Assembly: GCA_964016885.1 (NCBI GenBank)
Contig: OZ024746.1
Coordinates: 94,984,001-95,048,000 of the forward strand
From: Eledone cirrhosa
Taxonomy: Eukaryota
DNA: 64,000 bases
Reading direction: 5' to 3'
Positions 38,638-54,065 of this stretch are shown here, piece by piece. The notes below the pieces were generated by a model. The model ran no database searches, was not told the DNA's origin, and saw only the letters and a program-made list of their open reading frames with translations. The translations under genes and the position numbers were made by a program. Each line of letters begins with the position of its first letter. The first letter of the stretch is position 1.

Positions 38638-41287
38638 CCATCACCACCACTACTACCACCACACCACCACAACCATCACTACCACCGCCACACACCACCA
38701 CACCACCACAACCATCACCACCACCACAACCATTACGACCACCGCCACACACCAGCACCACTACCACAACCATCACCACCACTACTACCACACCACCATC
38801 ATCACCATCACCACCACACCACGAACACCACCACCACACCACCAGAACCACCACACCACAATCACCACCACTTCGTCCACCACACCACCACCACCTTCAT
38901 CATCACGACCACAACCATCACACCACCACACCACCACAACCACCACACCACAATCACCACCACTTCTTCCACCACACCACCACACCAGCACAACCACGAC
39001 CACAACCATCACACCACCACACCACCACAACCAACACCACCACAACCACCACACCACAATCACCACCACTTCTTCCACCACACCACCACACCAGCACCAC
39101 CAAACAACCACACCACCATCGCCACCACAACACCACACCACCCAACCATCACCACCACTACTACCACCACACCACCACAACCGCCAAAACCATCACCACT
39201 TCCACAAAGACCAACACCGCCTCCAACAATATCATCACCATCGACCCCACCACCCCTCCACTATCACAACCATCCCACCACCACTACCACCGCCGCCTCC
39301 AACAACATCACCACACAACCACCACACAAGCACACCACCATACCACCACCACACAACCACACCACCATCAAACCACCACCACCATCACAACCACCACAAT
39401 GTTCAACACCACCTTCAACAACATCACCACCACACACCATCACACCACCACCACCACTACCGCACACCACCAACCAGCACCACCAACACACCACCACCAC
39501 CAACACACCACCACACCACCATCACACCAACACACCACCACCACACCATCACACCACCACCACCACCACAACACACCATCTCACCACACACCATCACACC
39601 ACCACGACACACCACCAACCAGCAGCACCATTACACCACCACCACCACACCTCCACCACACCACCACAACACCACCACACCACCACAACAACAACCACAC
39701 CACCACCACCACACACCACCACCACCACCACACCGACACCAACTACCACTGTGTGATGGTGTGGCAGTGTGGTGGTGTCATGGTGTATGGTGGTGTCATG
39801 GTGGTATGTGGTTGTGGTGGTGGTGTGGTGGTGGTTGTGGTGTGGTGGTGGTGTGGTTGTGGTGGTGGTGTGGTAGTGGTGTGGTGTGGGTGGTGTGGTT
39901 GTGGTGGTGGTGGTGGTGGTGGTGGTGTGGTTGTGGTGGTGTGGGGTGGTGGGGGGGGGGGGGGGGGGTTGTGGTGGTGGTGGTGTGGTTGTGGTGGTGG
40001 TGCGTTGGTGGTGTGGTGGTGGTGGTGTCTGTGGTGTGGTGGTGGTGTGGTGGTGGTGTGGTTGTGGTGTGGTAGTGGTGGTGGTTGTGGTGTGGTGTAG
40101 TTGTGGTGGTGTGGTGGTGGTGGTGTGTTGGTGGTGTGTTGGTGGTGTGGTTGTGGTGGTGTGGTTGTGGTGGTGGTGTGGTGGTGGTATGTGGTGGTGT
40201 GGTTGTGGTGTGGTGGTTGTGGTGTGGTAGTTGTGGTGGTGGTGGTGGTGTGGTGGTTGTGTGGTGTGGTGGTGGTGGTGTGGTGGTAGTGTGGTAGTTG
40301 TGGTGGTGTGGTGGTGGTGTTGTGGTGGTGGTGTGGTGGTGGTGGTGTTGATGGTAATGGTGATGGTGGTGTTGTTGATGATAGTGGTGGTGGTGATGGT
40401 AGTGGTGGTGTGTTGATGGTAGTGGTGATGGTGGTGTTGTTGATGGTAGTGGTGGTGGTGATGATGTTGTTGATGGTTGTGGTGATGGTATTGTTGATGG
40501 TAGTGGCGGTGGTGTGGTTGATGGTAGTGCTGGTGATGTTGATGGTAGTGGTGGTGGTGGTGGTGATGGCTGTGGTGGTGGTGGTGTTGTTAATGGTAGT
40601 GGTGGTGGTGGTGGTCGTGTTGTTGGTGGCAGTGGTGGTGGTGGTGTTGTTAATGGTAGTGGTGGTGGTGGTGTTGTTGATGGTAGTGGTGGTGATGGTG
40701 GTGGTGGTGTTGATGGTAGTGGTGATGGTGTTGTTGATGGTAGTGGTGGTGATGGTATTGTTGATGGTAGTGGTGGTGGTGTTGTTGATGGTAGTGGTGG
40801 TGGTTTTGATGGTTGTTGTGGTGGTGGTGTTGATGGTAGTGGTGGTGTTGTTGATGGTAGTGTTATTGATGGTAGTGGTGGTGGTGGTGTTGTTGATGGT
40901 AGTGTTGGTGGTAGTGGTGGTAATGGTGGTGTTATCAGTGGTGGTGGTGGTTATGTTGAGGGTAGTGGTGGTGTTGTTGATGGTAGTGGTGGTGGTGTTG
41001 TTGATTGTAGTGGTGGTGGTGGTGGTTATGTTGATGGTAGTGGTGGCGTTGTTGATGGTAGTGATGGTGGTGGTGTTGATGGTAGTCGTGGTGGTGGCGT
41101 TGAGGGTAGTGGTGGTGGTGGTGTTGTTGGTGGTAGTGGTGTTGTTGAAGGTGTTGTTGATGGTAGTCGTGGTGGTGGTGTTGATGGTAGTGGTTGTAGT
41201 AATAGTGGTAGTAGTAGTAGTAGTGGTTTTAGTAGTAGTAGTAGTAGTAGTTGTACTATTAGTAGTAGTGGTTGCAGTAGTAGTAGT
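38638..41287. repeat. ~2.6-kb low-complexity tract: (CAC/ACC)n switching to (GTG/GGT)n at ~39750
   Basis: Direct inspection. Confidence 0.95.
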
Positions 41288-41585
41288 TTTTTTTTATGTG
41301 AAATCGTTTTTAATTACTTTTCTTTTTAACTCCGTTACCGTCTTAACGAAAGGCATCGTACACATAAAGATACAGGGGAAAATGTCGATGTAAGGTTCAA
41401 ACCGGCCAAAACCGGCCAGAATTCTCTACCTCTTTCTGTTGAAACTGGCTGTAACTGGTCGCTCAAACTGATGTTAAGGTATTGTTCTCAAAATAAATAA
41501 AATCAAAATCTCATAGATTCGATATTATGTGAGGTAATTATGTGAGGTAAAGCCTTTACCATGAAAATATAATAGTATATATAAA

Positions 41586-41773
41586 ATAATTGTTTCTACT
41601 TTAGGCACAAGGCCAGCAATTACCCAGTACATTACTGGTACTTTATTTTATCGACCCCCCGTAAGGATGAATGACAAAGTTAACCTCGGCGGGATTTTAA
41701 CTTAAACCATAAAGGGACGTAACTATGCTGGAAAGGATGGCGTCCAACCCTCTGCCGATACTGCCAATTCACC
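41586..41773 (-). mobile_element. SINE family A
   Basis: Reverse complement of full family A sequence. Confidence 0.92.
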
Positions 41774-41809
41774 ATGTGAATGCTGAAGGATTAAATATCG
41801 AATGATACG

Positions 41810-42079
41810 CGATGGGCACCCTCACAACCCCGGCGGTAGAAGACGTTTCTCCGGGGGACGGCAAGGAAGACGCGCTGGAAAAGCCACTCCAACTCGCGGG
41901 GCTCACACCTGCAGCTGGTCAGCTCAGCGCCAAGGGTACAACCGCAAACCTGTCGGAGAGCGACCGGTATGGTGAGTAGGGAGGTAGCCCTAGGGCCGAG
42001 GACACCAGATGTCTCCACTGCCAAGGCTACAATCGCAAACCTGTCGGAGAGCGACCGGTACTTGGAGAGTTTGGCCTCC
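41810..42079 (-). mobile_element. CRE-like non-LTR 3' fragment (RLE domain end)
   Basis: EAKLSKYRSL...LAVETSGVLGP...WLFQRV; adjoins (GTA/GTG)n at 42080-42272. Confidence 0.8.
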
Positions 42080-42688
42080 AGTAGTAGTGGTGGTAGTAGT
42101 AGTAGTAGCAGTGGTGGTAGTAGTAGTAGTAGTGGTGGTAGTAGTAGTAGCAATGGTAGTAGTAGTAGTAGTGGTGGTAGTAGTAGTATTAGCAATGGTA
42201 GTAGTAGTAGTAGTGGTGGTTGTGGTAGTGGTAGTGGTGGTAGTAGTAGTAGCGGTAGTGGTGGTAGTGGTGTTAAGTTGAGAAAAAAAATTTTTTTTTT
42301 TCCCCAAACGCGGAAGTTGAAAATATAACAAAACTGCCAATGTGTATATTGGGAGATTCTCTGTGTCAGGCTGCCCTGGTACACACACATACACACACGT
42401 GTGTGTGTATGTGCGTTTATGTGTGTCTGTGTGCGTGTGTGCGTGTGCGTGTTGGCGTTTATGTGTGTCTGTGTGTGTGTTTGTATGGGACGTGTGTACA
42501 TGTGTGTTTTTATGTGTGTGTGGTTGTATGTGAATGTGTATCTGTGTTTCCGTGTGTGTGGTTGCGTTAGTGTGTGTGTGTGTGTGCGTGCGTGTGTATC
42601 CGTGCATGTGCGTGTGTGCGTTTATGTTTGTGTGTATATGTGTTTATGTTTGTGTTTATATGTATATGTGTTTATGTTTGTGTTTATA

Positions 42689-42729
<41 letters not shown>

Positions 42730-43968
42730 ATGTTTGTGTGTGTTGGTGTTTATGTGTGTATGTGAGTTTTTATGTGTGTGTGGTTGTATGTGTTTCCGTG
42801 TGTGTGGTTGCGTTAGTGTGCATGTGCGTGTGTGCATTTATGTGTGTGTGTTTGTGCATTTGTGTGAGCGTTTATGTGTGTGTGTGGCCGGGGGGGGGGG
42901 GGGGGGGGGGTATGCGTGCATGTTTGTGCGTTTGTGTGGGTGTTTATGTATGTGTGAGTGTTTATGTATGTGTGAGTGTGTACATGTGAATGTTTGTGTG
43001 TGCATATATGTGAGTTTTTATATGTGCGTGGTTGTATATGTATGTGTATGTGTGGTTGTACCACTGTGTGTGATAGTATGTACGTATGTGTGTTTGTTTG
43101 TGAGAGAAAAGGTGTGTGCATGTTATGTATGTGTGAATTGTGTGTGTGTCAGAACATTATAACATAAAAACATGATGAAATAATAATATGAAGTTATGTA
43201 GACAGTTTAATAAAGAGTTGTTTGTGTTCAAATTTTCGCCTCTTACCCTTTGTTGACATATATAATCCAGCACATAATTTCTTTCTCGTTTACATGATGT
43301 AATTTATATATTTGGACATATTCTAGTCTGCCCCGCTTGCTGTGTGAACATACTTCACTGAAAAGATCTAGTAATGCTGGAATATGTCCGTTTCTTCCAC
43401 GAAATTTGCTGATAGACAAGGTGTATTCATACAGTATTGTCTAGCATTGTCCAAAACATTTGAATTAGCTGAGACTAGATAAGTTCTTACCTTTGCTTGC
43501 GTTCTTGATCTGAATACTACTAATGATAGATTCAGTCATTAAATTGCTAAGAAAGCCTCTCGCATATTCACAATATGTATAAATATTTCGTATCTCCAAA
43601 GAAATACGATTTTAGGAAGCCGTAGCTATGCAAACAGCGAAATCCTATTTCTTTTTTAACTACAAATAATATATTTCAGCCTAAGATACTCTGGGACTTC
43701 ACTGGCCAAACAGAATGCAGACATGGGCACGATATTATCAATACATTCTCTATCACCACCAGTATCACGAGGGATCAGCACCAAATACAATAATTTCAAC
43801 TTACAGTTTCGTAAGATAAGAAAGTTCCAAGCCTGAATTTTCCACTACACAATCCACTCTCTTCAAACCCAAATCATGTGACAAGCCATAAAAATATATG
43901 ACCTCCGCGATTTTGGATATTTCTTTCACGCCCTGACATGGTAAAAATTATTATATATTTCTCTATTA

Positions 43969-44000
<32 letters not shown>

Positions 44001-45610
44001 CTACTAACTCTGTGCTTGCTTGCTTGTCTGTAATGTAATAGAGCCAATGGGGCGCATAATGGGAAATTACTTTGAAAGGAAGTTGACCCTGAAATGAAAA
44101 TATAAATGAAATAAAACAAGTTTCAAGTTTCGCGTAAATCGGAGGACGGGTTCCCGAGATATGGGTTTTTTTCCGGGTACCTTCATAAACAGAGAGAGAG
44201 AGAGAAAGATAGAGAGAAAGAGATATAGGTTGTGAGAGAGTAGATTGAAAAACGGTGTTGTTATGTATATATATATATGTGTGTGTATATATGTGTGTGT
44301 GTGGATGTGTGTGGACCTTGCATATAGAAAACAGACACCCATATTTATTTATTTTGTGGATGCAACTTCATTGGATGCAACTTCGTTTGCATCCAATGAT
44401 GGCAAATGCATTCGTTGTTCAGAGAGTGGGATTGGCCCCGTGCAATACCTTTTCTCACTTAAAAACGATTCAAGTATAGGCATTGCTTGATATGTGACAT
44501 TTGCTTTGCAATGCATGGCATTGCAGGCCATAGGCAAGTCCCGAGCAGGACTAAAAATCCGTGTCCGTGATGTTCATACTTAAGTATCAAGTGATGGCAT
44601 TTCTCGAAATCGAGTTGCAGCCATCATGTGTACACACAAACACACACATATTTATATTTCCAAGACTCTATCTATCTATCTATCTATCTAGTTTAATCTG
44701 AACCGACCATATGTTTATCCTAAATCTATATAACACCCCATTTAAAAAAGAAAACAGAAACAAGAGCAGTTTATTCGTTGTCGAGAAGAATGGAAATAAA
44801 AAAATCTTACTTAGTGAGGAAGAAAATTGTGTGTATATACACACACACACGCGCACACGCACACACACATACACACACATACATTTATATATATATATAT
44901 ATACATACATACATACACTGTGGAATGTATCTTCCCGTGTCAGTCTGCTTATAAGGAAACCATCAACAATAGCACTATTTTTGAAACAGGAGTGTAAAGT
45001 TCTATCAATTTGCCTTCACCACCACCACCAACACCAACATCAACAACATTACCACCACCAGCAGCATCTACACCAACACCACCACCATAACTATCATCTA
45101 GACTAACTAACACCAACATTGCCACCAGCACTATCACCAACACCACCACCATAACTTTCACCAACATCAACAACATCACCAACACCACCACCAAAACTAT
45201 CACCAACACCACCACCAGCACCTACACTAACACCAACCTTGCCAGCAACACTACCACCAACACCACCACCACCAACAGCAACACCACTGACAACAACAAC
45301 ACCAATGCCACTACCCCCAACCCTAATGCTACCTCTAACAAAGAGATCGCTTCGCAATCCTTGGTCCTCATTTCTTTTCAGATGCGAAGTTGAGACAGTC
45401 CAAAACAAACGACCGATCAGGGTTTTCAGTGTTTTCTTCCTTAACTGGAATGTGTCTGCAAAACGCAGGCGCAGGGTCGATAGTGTACGTTTGTTTTGTC
45501 TTGGACTGTTTCAGCTTCGCATCTGAAAAGGGGGTTGTAGCCCTGAAATATCTAAAACACACTGGGTAAAATATTACGTTGTTTTATTTCATTTTTTATA
45601 ATCTGCTCGC

Positions 45611-46322
45611 ACGTGTTGCATTTTTTTTAAAATACACACATCGTACCAGCGTCATCCCAGTGGCGTGATTAGGATTATCGACAGCTAGAAATAGCAGTCG
45701 AGTCCTTTCAACTGAGTTAGTTCTACAATTAAGGGGCCGTATATATATCCAAAATTAAATTAAGGGTGTCATGTCCGAGAGAGATGCGCCATATCCACCG
45801 TAGAATATGCTCAAAGATTCCAATGAATAGATCCGAGTATTTTATATCAACTAGAAATTGATTGACATATGGGATGACGCTGGTACGATGTGTGAATTTT
45901 TAAAAAATGCAACACGTCCTACGGGTCATTCGCAGATTTGCATTTGCTGTGTAAACACAGATAGTTAAATCTTCTCCCTCGTTGAAAATTAGGATTGGAC
46001 TACTGTGATTTGCGGATTAATGGTGAAATATACTTCTTTAATGAAATATATACAAGGAAGATTAATCATTTTAAAAGGTATCTATATTTGAAGTTCTAGT
46101 TAAACACTTTAATTAGTTACCTACCTAGCTATGTGAGCTTACACACTTTTACAAATTATCCCCGGTGATTGTTTCATGTGTTTATTTTAGATATATATGT
46201 CAAACAATTTCTAGTTGATAAAAAATGCTCGGATCTATTCATTGGAATCTTTGAGCATATTCTACGGTGGATATGGCGCATCTCTCTCGGACATGACACA
46301 CTTAATTTAATTTTGGATATAT
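45611..46322. repeat. Two interleaved inverted-repeat pairs
   Basis: 45611-45659 vs 45870-45917; 45740-45870 vs 46193-46322. Confidence 0.85.
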
Positions 46323-46327
46323 ATATT

Positions 46328-46418
<91 letters not shown>

Positions 46419-46473
46419 TTATATATATATATATATTTATATATATATTTATATATATATTTATATATATATT

Positions 46474-46504
<31 letters not shown>

Positions 46505-46710
46505 ATTTATATATATATATATTTATATATAAATATATATTTATATATAAATATATATTTATATATATATATATATTTATATATGTATGTATATATATAT
46601 ATTTATATATTTATATTTATATATATTTATATATATATATATATATATTTATATATGTATGTATATATATATATTTATATTTATATATATTTATATATAT
46701 TTATATATAT

Positions 46711-46859
46711 ATATTGTTATACTTTGGGAGGGTCATGTTGCCAATAAGAAACACACGCACCACGCATCTTATTGGCAACATGACCCTCCCAAAGTATAAC
46801 AATATCGGTTTCAACACACGATTTCAGATAAAGAATCTTGCTAAACAAATTCAGAAACG

Positions 46860-46860
<1 letters not shown>
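46711..46860 (+). mobile_element. Fold-back family D copy (39-bp arms + tail)
   Basis: ATATTGTTATACTTTGGGAGGGTCATGTTGCCAATAAGA and its reverse complement, then CGGTTTCAACACACGATTTC. Confidence 0.88.
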
Positions 46861-46911
<51 letters not shown>

Positions 46912-46946
46912 ATATTTATATATATTTATATATATTTATATATATT

Positions 46947-47025
<79 letters not shown>

Positions 47026-47088
47026 ATATTTATATATATTTATATATATTTATATATATATATATATTTATATATATTTATATATATT

Positions 47089-47123
<35 letters not shown>

Positions 47124-47238
47124 ATTTATATATATATATATATTTATATATATATTTATATATATATTTATATATATATATATATTTATATATATATTTA
47201 TATATATATATATATTTATATATATATTTATATATATA

Positions 47239-47281
<43 letters not shown>

Positions 47282-47564
47282 TTATATATATATATATTTA
47301 TATATATATATATATATTTATATATATTTATTTATATATATTTATTTATATATATTTATATATATATATTTATATATATATATTTATATATATTTATATA
47401 TATATTTATATTTATATATATATTTATATATATTTATATATATATTTATATATATATATATATTTATATATATATTTATATTTATATATATTTATATATA
47501 TATATATATATTTATATATGTATGTATATATATATATTTATATTTATATATATTTATATATATT

Positions 47565-47613
<49 letters not shown>

Positions 47614-47638
47614 ATATTTATATATATTTATATATATT

Positions 47639-47697
<59 letters not shown>

Positions 47698-47742
47698 ATT
47701 TATATATATATATATATTTATATATATATTTATATATATATT

Positions 47743-47773
<31 letters not shown>

Positions 47774-47806
47774 ATATTTATATATATATTTATATATATA
47801 TATATT

Positions 47807-47845
<39 letters not shown>

Positions 47846-47848
47846 ATT

Positions 47849-47900
<52 letters not shown>

Positions 47901-47968
47901 TATATATATATATTTATATATATATATATTTATATATTTATATATATATATATATTTATATATATATT

Positions 47969-47999
<31 letters not shown>

Positions 48000-48056
48000 T
48001 TATATATATTTATATATATATATATATTTATATATATATTTATATATATATATATT

Positions 48057-48094
<38 letters not shown>

Positions 48095-48647
48095 TATATA
48101 TATATATATTTATATATATATATATATATTTATATATATTTATTTATATATATTTATTTATATATATTTATTTATATATATTTATATATATATTTATATA
48201 TATTTATTTATATATATTTATTTATATATATTTATTTATATATATTTATATATATATTTATATATATTTATATATATATTTATATTTATATATATATTTA
48301 TATATATTTATATATATATATATATTTATATATATATTTATATATATATTTATATTTATATATATATTTATATATATATATATATTTATATATATATTTA
48401 TATATATATTTATATATATATTTATATTTATATATATATTTATATATATATTTATATTTATATATATATTTATATATATATTTATATATATATTTATATA
48501 TATATTTATATATATATTTATATATATATTTATATATATTTATATATATATTTATATATATATTTATATATATATATTTATATATATATTTATATATATT
48601 TATATATATATTTATATATATATTTATATATATATATTTATATTTAT

Positions 48648-49190
48648 ATATTGTTATACTTGGGGAGGGTCATATTTGCGTAATATTGCCAGAATTAATA
48701 ACAGAACACACTCACTGTTTGGTTGGTTTTCGCTTCTCGCTGTCTTTTATATCTGCGATCTAACTTACTCGGTCCTCAATGTTGCCATTGACTGACCGAC
48801 GGTCAAAAATAATACAGATACAATATAGACACCAACACATATATATAGTTTACATAATTTACATAAATCTTTCGTTGCATATCTGCAAAATCGTCAGTGG
48901 TGTTATATTCTTTGTTCCTCCTGCTGTGTTGTATGTCTACGCCATTTTTTATTCAGTCTATTTGTGTCTATATTGTATCTGTATTATTTTTGACCGTCGG
49001 TCAGTCAATGGCAACATTGAGGACCGAGTAAGTTAGATCGCAGATATAAAAGACAGCGAGAAGCGAAAACCAACCAAACAGTGAGTATGTTCTGTTATTA
49101 ATTCTGGCAATATTAGGCAAATATGACCCTCCCCAAGTATAACAATATCTGTTTCGACACACGATTTCATATAAAAAACCTCGCTAAACT
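48648..49190 (+). mobile_element. Fold-back family D subfamily (~185-bp arms, HHR-like motif in loop, tail)
   Basis: Arms 48648-48832 and 48964-49148; tail CTGTTTCGACACACGATTTC. Confidence 0.9.
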
Positions 49191-49251
49191 AATATATTTA
49201 TATATTTATATGTATATATATATATTTATATATATATGTATATATATATAT

Positions 49252-49311
<60 letters not shown>

Positions 49312-49410
49312 TTATATATATATGTATATATATATATGTATATGTATATATATATATTTATATATATATATGTATATATATATATGTATATATATATATT
49401 TATATATATG

Positions 49411-49445
<35 letters not shown>

Positions 49446-49486
49446 CTATATATATATGTATATATATATATATATTTATATATATG

Positions 49487-49517
<31 letters not shown>

Positions 49518-50525
49518 GTATATATATATATTTATATATATATTTATATATATATTTATATATGTATATATATATATTTATATATATATTTATATATATA
49601 TTTATATATGTATATTTATATATGTATATATATATATTTATATATGTATATATATATATTTATATATGTATATATATATATTTATATATATATATATATA
49701 TGTATATATATTTATATATGTATATATATTTATATATGTATATATATATATATATTTTATATATGTATACATATTTATATATATGTATATATATTTATAT
49801 ATGTATATATATATATTTATATATGTATATATATATTTATATATATGTATATATATTTATATATATGTATATATATGTATATATATATATATATTTATAT
49901 ATATATGTATATATATATTTATATATATATGTATATATATATTTATATATATGTATATATATATTTATATATATGTATATATATATTTATATATATATGT
50001 ATATATATATTTATATATATGTATATATATATTTATATATATGTATATATATATTTATATATATGTATATATATTTATATATATATGTGTGTGTATATAA
50101 ATATATATACATATATATAAATATATATATATGTATATATATTTATATATATATATTTATGTATATATATTTATATATATATATATATTTATATATTTAT
50201 GTATATATATTTATATATATATTTATGTATATATATTTATATATTTATGTATATATATTTATATATATATTTATATATTTATGTATATATATTTATATAT
50301 ATATATATTTATATATATTTATATATATATATATATATATATATTCATATATATATATATTTATATATTTATGTATATATATTTATATATATATATATTT
50401 ATATATATTTATATATATATATATATATATATATTCATATATATATATATTTATATATTTATGTATATATATTTATATATATATTTATTTATATATATAT
50501 ATATATAAATATATATATATGTATA

Positions 50526-50572
<47 letters not shown>

Positions 50573-50617
50573 ATATATTTATATATATTTATATATATTT
50601 ATATATATTTATATATT

Positions 50618-50648
<31 letters not shown>

Positions 50649-50696
50649 TTTTTTATATATATATAGAGAGAGAGAGATGTATAAATAGTAATATAC

Positions 50697-50785
<89 letters not shown>

Positions 50786-51044
50786 TATATGTGTATGCAG
50801 GTATGTGTGCCTGTGTGTGTGAGTCCATGTCTGTTTCTGTCCCGTAATTTAGTAATTTACTAAAAAGTGATCGATACATTATGTATCAAACTTTGAAAAA
50901 TAAATAGCTAAGTTCGATAAAATCGATTAAATCATGGCGGTACTCCAGTTTGGCCCAGCCTAATGACTAAAACCAGTAAAAGAAAAAAGGAATTAAAGAA
51001 AATTCAATGTTTTAACGAAATAATTGAAAGTATTATTACAGCAG

Positions 51045-51203
51045 TTATCATCATCATCACCATCACCATCATCACTGTAGTCACCATCATCACCATCATC
51101 ACTGTAGTCACCATCATCACCATCATCACTGTAGTCACCATCATCATCATCATCACTGTAGTCACCATCATCATCATCATCACTGTAGTCACCATCACTG
51201 TAG

Positions 51204-51239
<36 letters not shown>

Positions 51240-51564
51240 CTGTAGTCACCATCACTGTAGTCATCATCATCATCATCATCATCACCATCATCATCACTGT
51301 AGTCATTATCATCATCACCATCATCATCACCATCATCACCATCATCATCATCATCATCATCACCATCATCACCATCACCATCACCGTCACTGTAGTCATT
51401 ATCATCACCATCATCACCATCACCATCATCACCATCACTGTAGTCACCATCACCATCACCATCATCATCATCACCATCATCATCACTGTAGTCCCCATCA
51501 CCATCACCATCATCATCATCACCATCATCACCATCATCATCACCATCATCACCATCATCATCAC

Positions 51565-51598
<34 letters not shown>

Positions 51599-52030
51599 GC
51601 TGCCAGTACCAGTGTCATTGTCCTTACCCTCCTCCTCGCTATCATCATCATCACCAACAACAGAACCACCTTCATCATAATCACAACAAAGATACATGTA
51701 TGTGTCGACGGGGATGACGATGATGATGGTGAGGACGATGATGATGGTGATGGCGATAACGATGATGATGGTGGTGGCGATAACGATGATGATGCTGCTG
51801 ATGATGATGATGATAACGATGCTGATGATGATGATCATGATGATGATGGTTATAACAATGATGATAACGATGATGATAATGATGCTGATGACGATGATGA
51901 TAATGATGCTGATGATGATGATGATGGTGATGATTATAATGATGATGATGATGATTATAACGATGATGATGATAACGATGCTGCTGCTGATGATGATAAC
52001 GATGATGCTGGTGCTGCTGATTGTGATGAC
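51045..52030. repeat. (CAT/CAC)n tract followed by (GAT)n tract
   Basis: Direct inspection; switch at ~51600-51714. Confidence 0.95.
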
Positions 52031-52209
52031 AACTGCCGTAATAACAATCCAGATAGTGATAGTTGCCGTGGAAACAGTGTCTGCTGTGAGATGTGTTAGG
52101 ATCCAAAACTGGTTCATACAAAGACTTGTTCTATCTTCTGTGATAAGATGAGGACTGGACGGTCATACATATGTCTGTTCAAACAACTATATATACAGAC
52201 CAGCCTGTA

Positions 52210-53060
<851 letters not shown>

Positions 53061-53344
53061 GTATGTGTGTGTGGGGGTGTTTCGGTATATGTGTGTATAC
53101 GTAATTATGTATCTATGTATATATGAGGAATTTCTCCGATAAACACACCATGCATCGTTTTCCTTAGCTGCCCCTTCAAATGAAACTATAGTACATATGT
53201 ACCTTACGTCGTTACTTCTGTACTAGAATCGGACTCATCAACCATCTATGAACGCATAAACCCAAATTAAACAAGTAGCTAAAGATATAGTCTTTAGCGG
53301 GCTGCAGTATATGGACAATCATAGAGGTGTACAGTATTTAGTAC

Positions 53345-53510
53345 GCTCTAAGTCATAGACTATTTTCAATTCTACTATCCTTCAGTTTCTAGACTCACTG
53401 TCGTGATAGTGATTTAGTATTGATTCTATTTCTGAGTCTGAATGGGTATGAGTGCTGATTGAATCTGCTCTTAAAGGTGTTCTGTTTGTCAAGTATAGTT
53501 TGTTTCTGAA
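53345..53510 (-). pseudogene. Highly decayed Penelope-like GIY-YIG endonuclease remnant
   Basis: Minus strand NTFKSRFNQHSYPFRLRNRINTKSLSRQ*V*KLKD resembles the PLE motif (YIG.T)..FK.R...H...F.......T.LS...W.LK. Confidence 0.55.
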
Positions 53511-54065
53511 TACCGTCATTTCGCTCTGTGTTTCATTGCATTAAGAAAGCATGAAACATTTAGTGGGTAGATTCAAATTACACGTTGGTTGTTGGTGTAA
53601 GGGAGGGTCTCGTTATGTTTCCGGTTGTGTTGTGTGGTCTAAGGGGTGATGCTGTCCAAGAAATGATAAATGGTTAGTGTTTCGGTAAAAACAAGTGAGG
53701 AACTTCAGCAAGTTGAATCATATATTTGTTTTCTAGACGTGTGAGAGCTACTCCTTCTAAATATATCCAGGTTTATCGTTACCTCTATATACAATCACAC
53801 ACCCCTCCCCTCTTTATCCTTCAGTTTTGAAAGGAACCATTTGAAGTGAAACAGTTGGAATAGCAGGTAAAATATAAATAATTATAAAGAATCATTTAAG
53901 TGGAGCAAAATAGTGATAAACAAAATGTAGGATTATATTTTTAAAATAATGTGTAACATGTGCTATTGTGTAGAAGATTGTTCTGGATAAACTGGAAGTA
54001 AACATGTAATGAGTTCAATTAGAAGTAGTAAATCAGTGAGTTGTATTAGCGGTTTCTAATTTAAG

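Larger units (their letters stand above)
46320..50731. repeat. ~4.4-kb (TA)n/(TATT)n/(TATG)n field hosting two family D elements
   Basis: Direct inspection. Confidence 0.95.
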
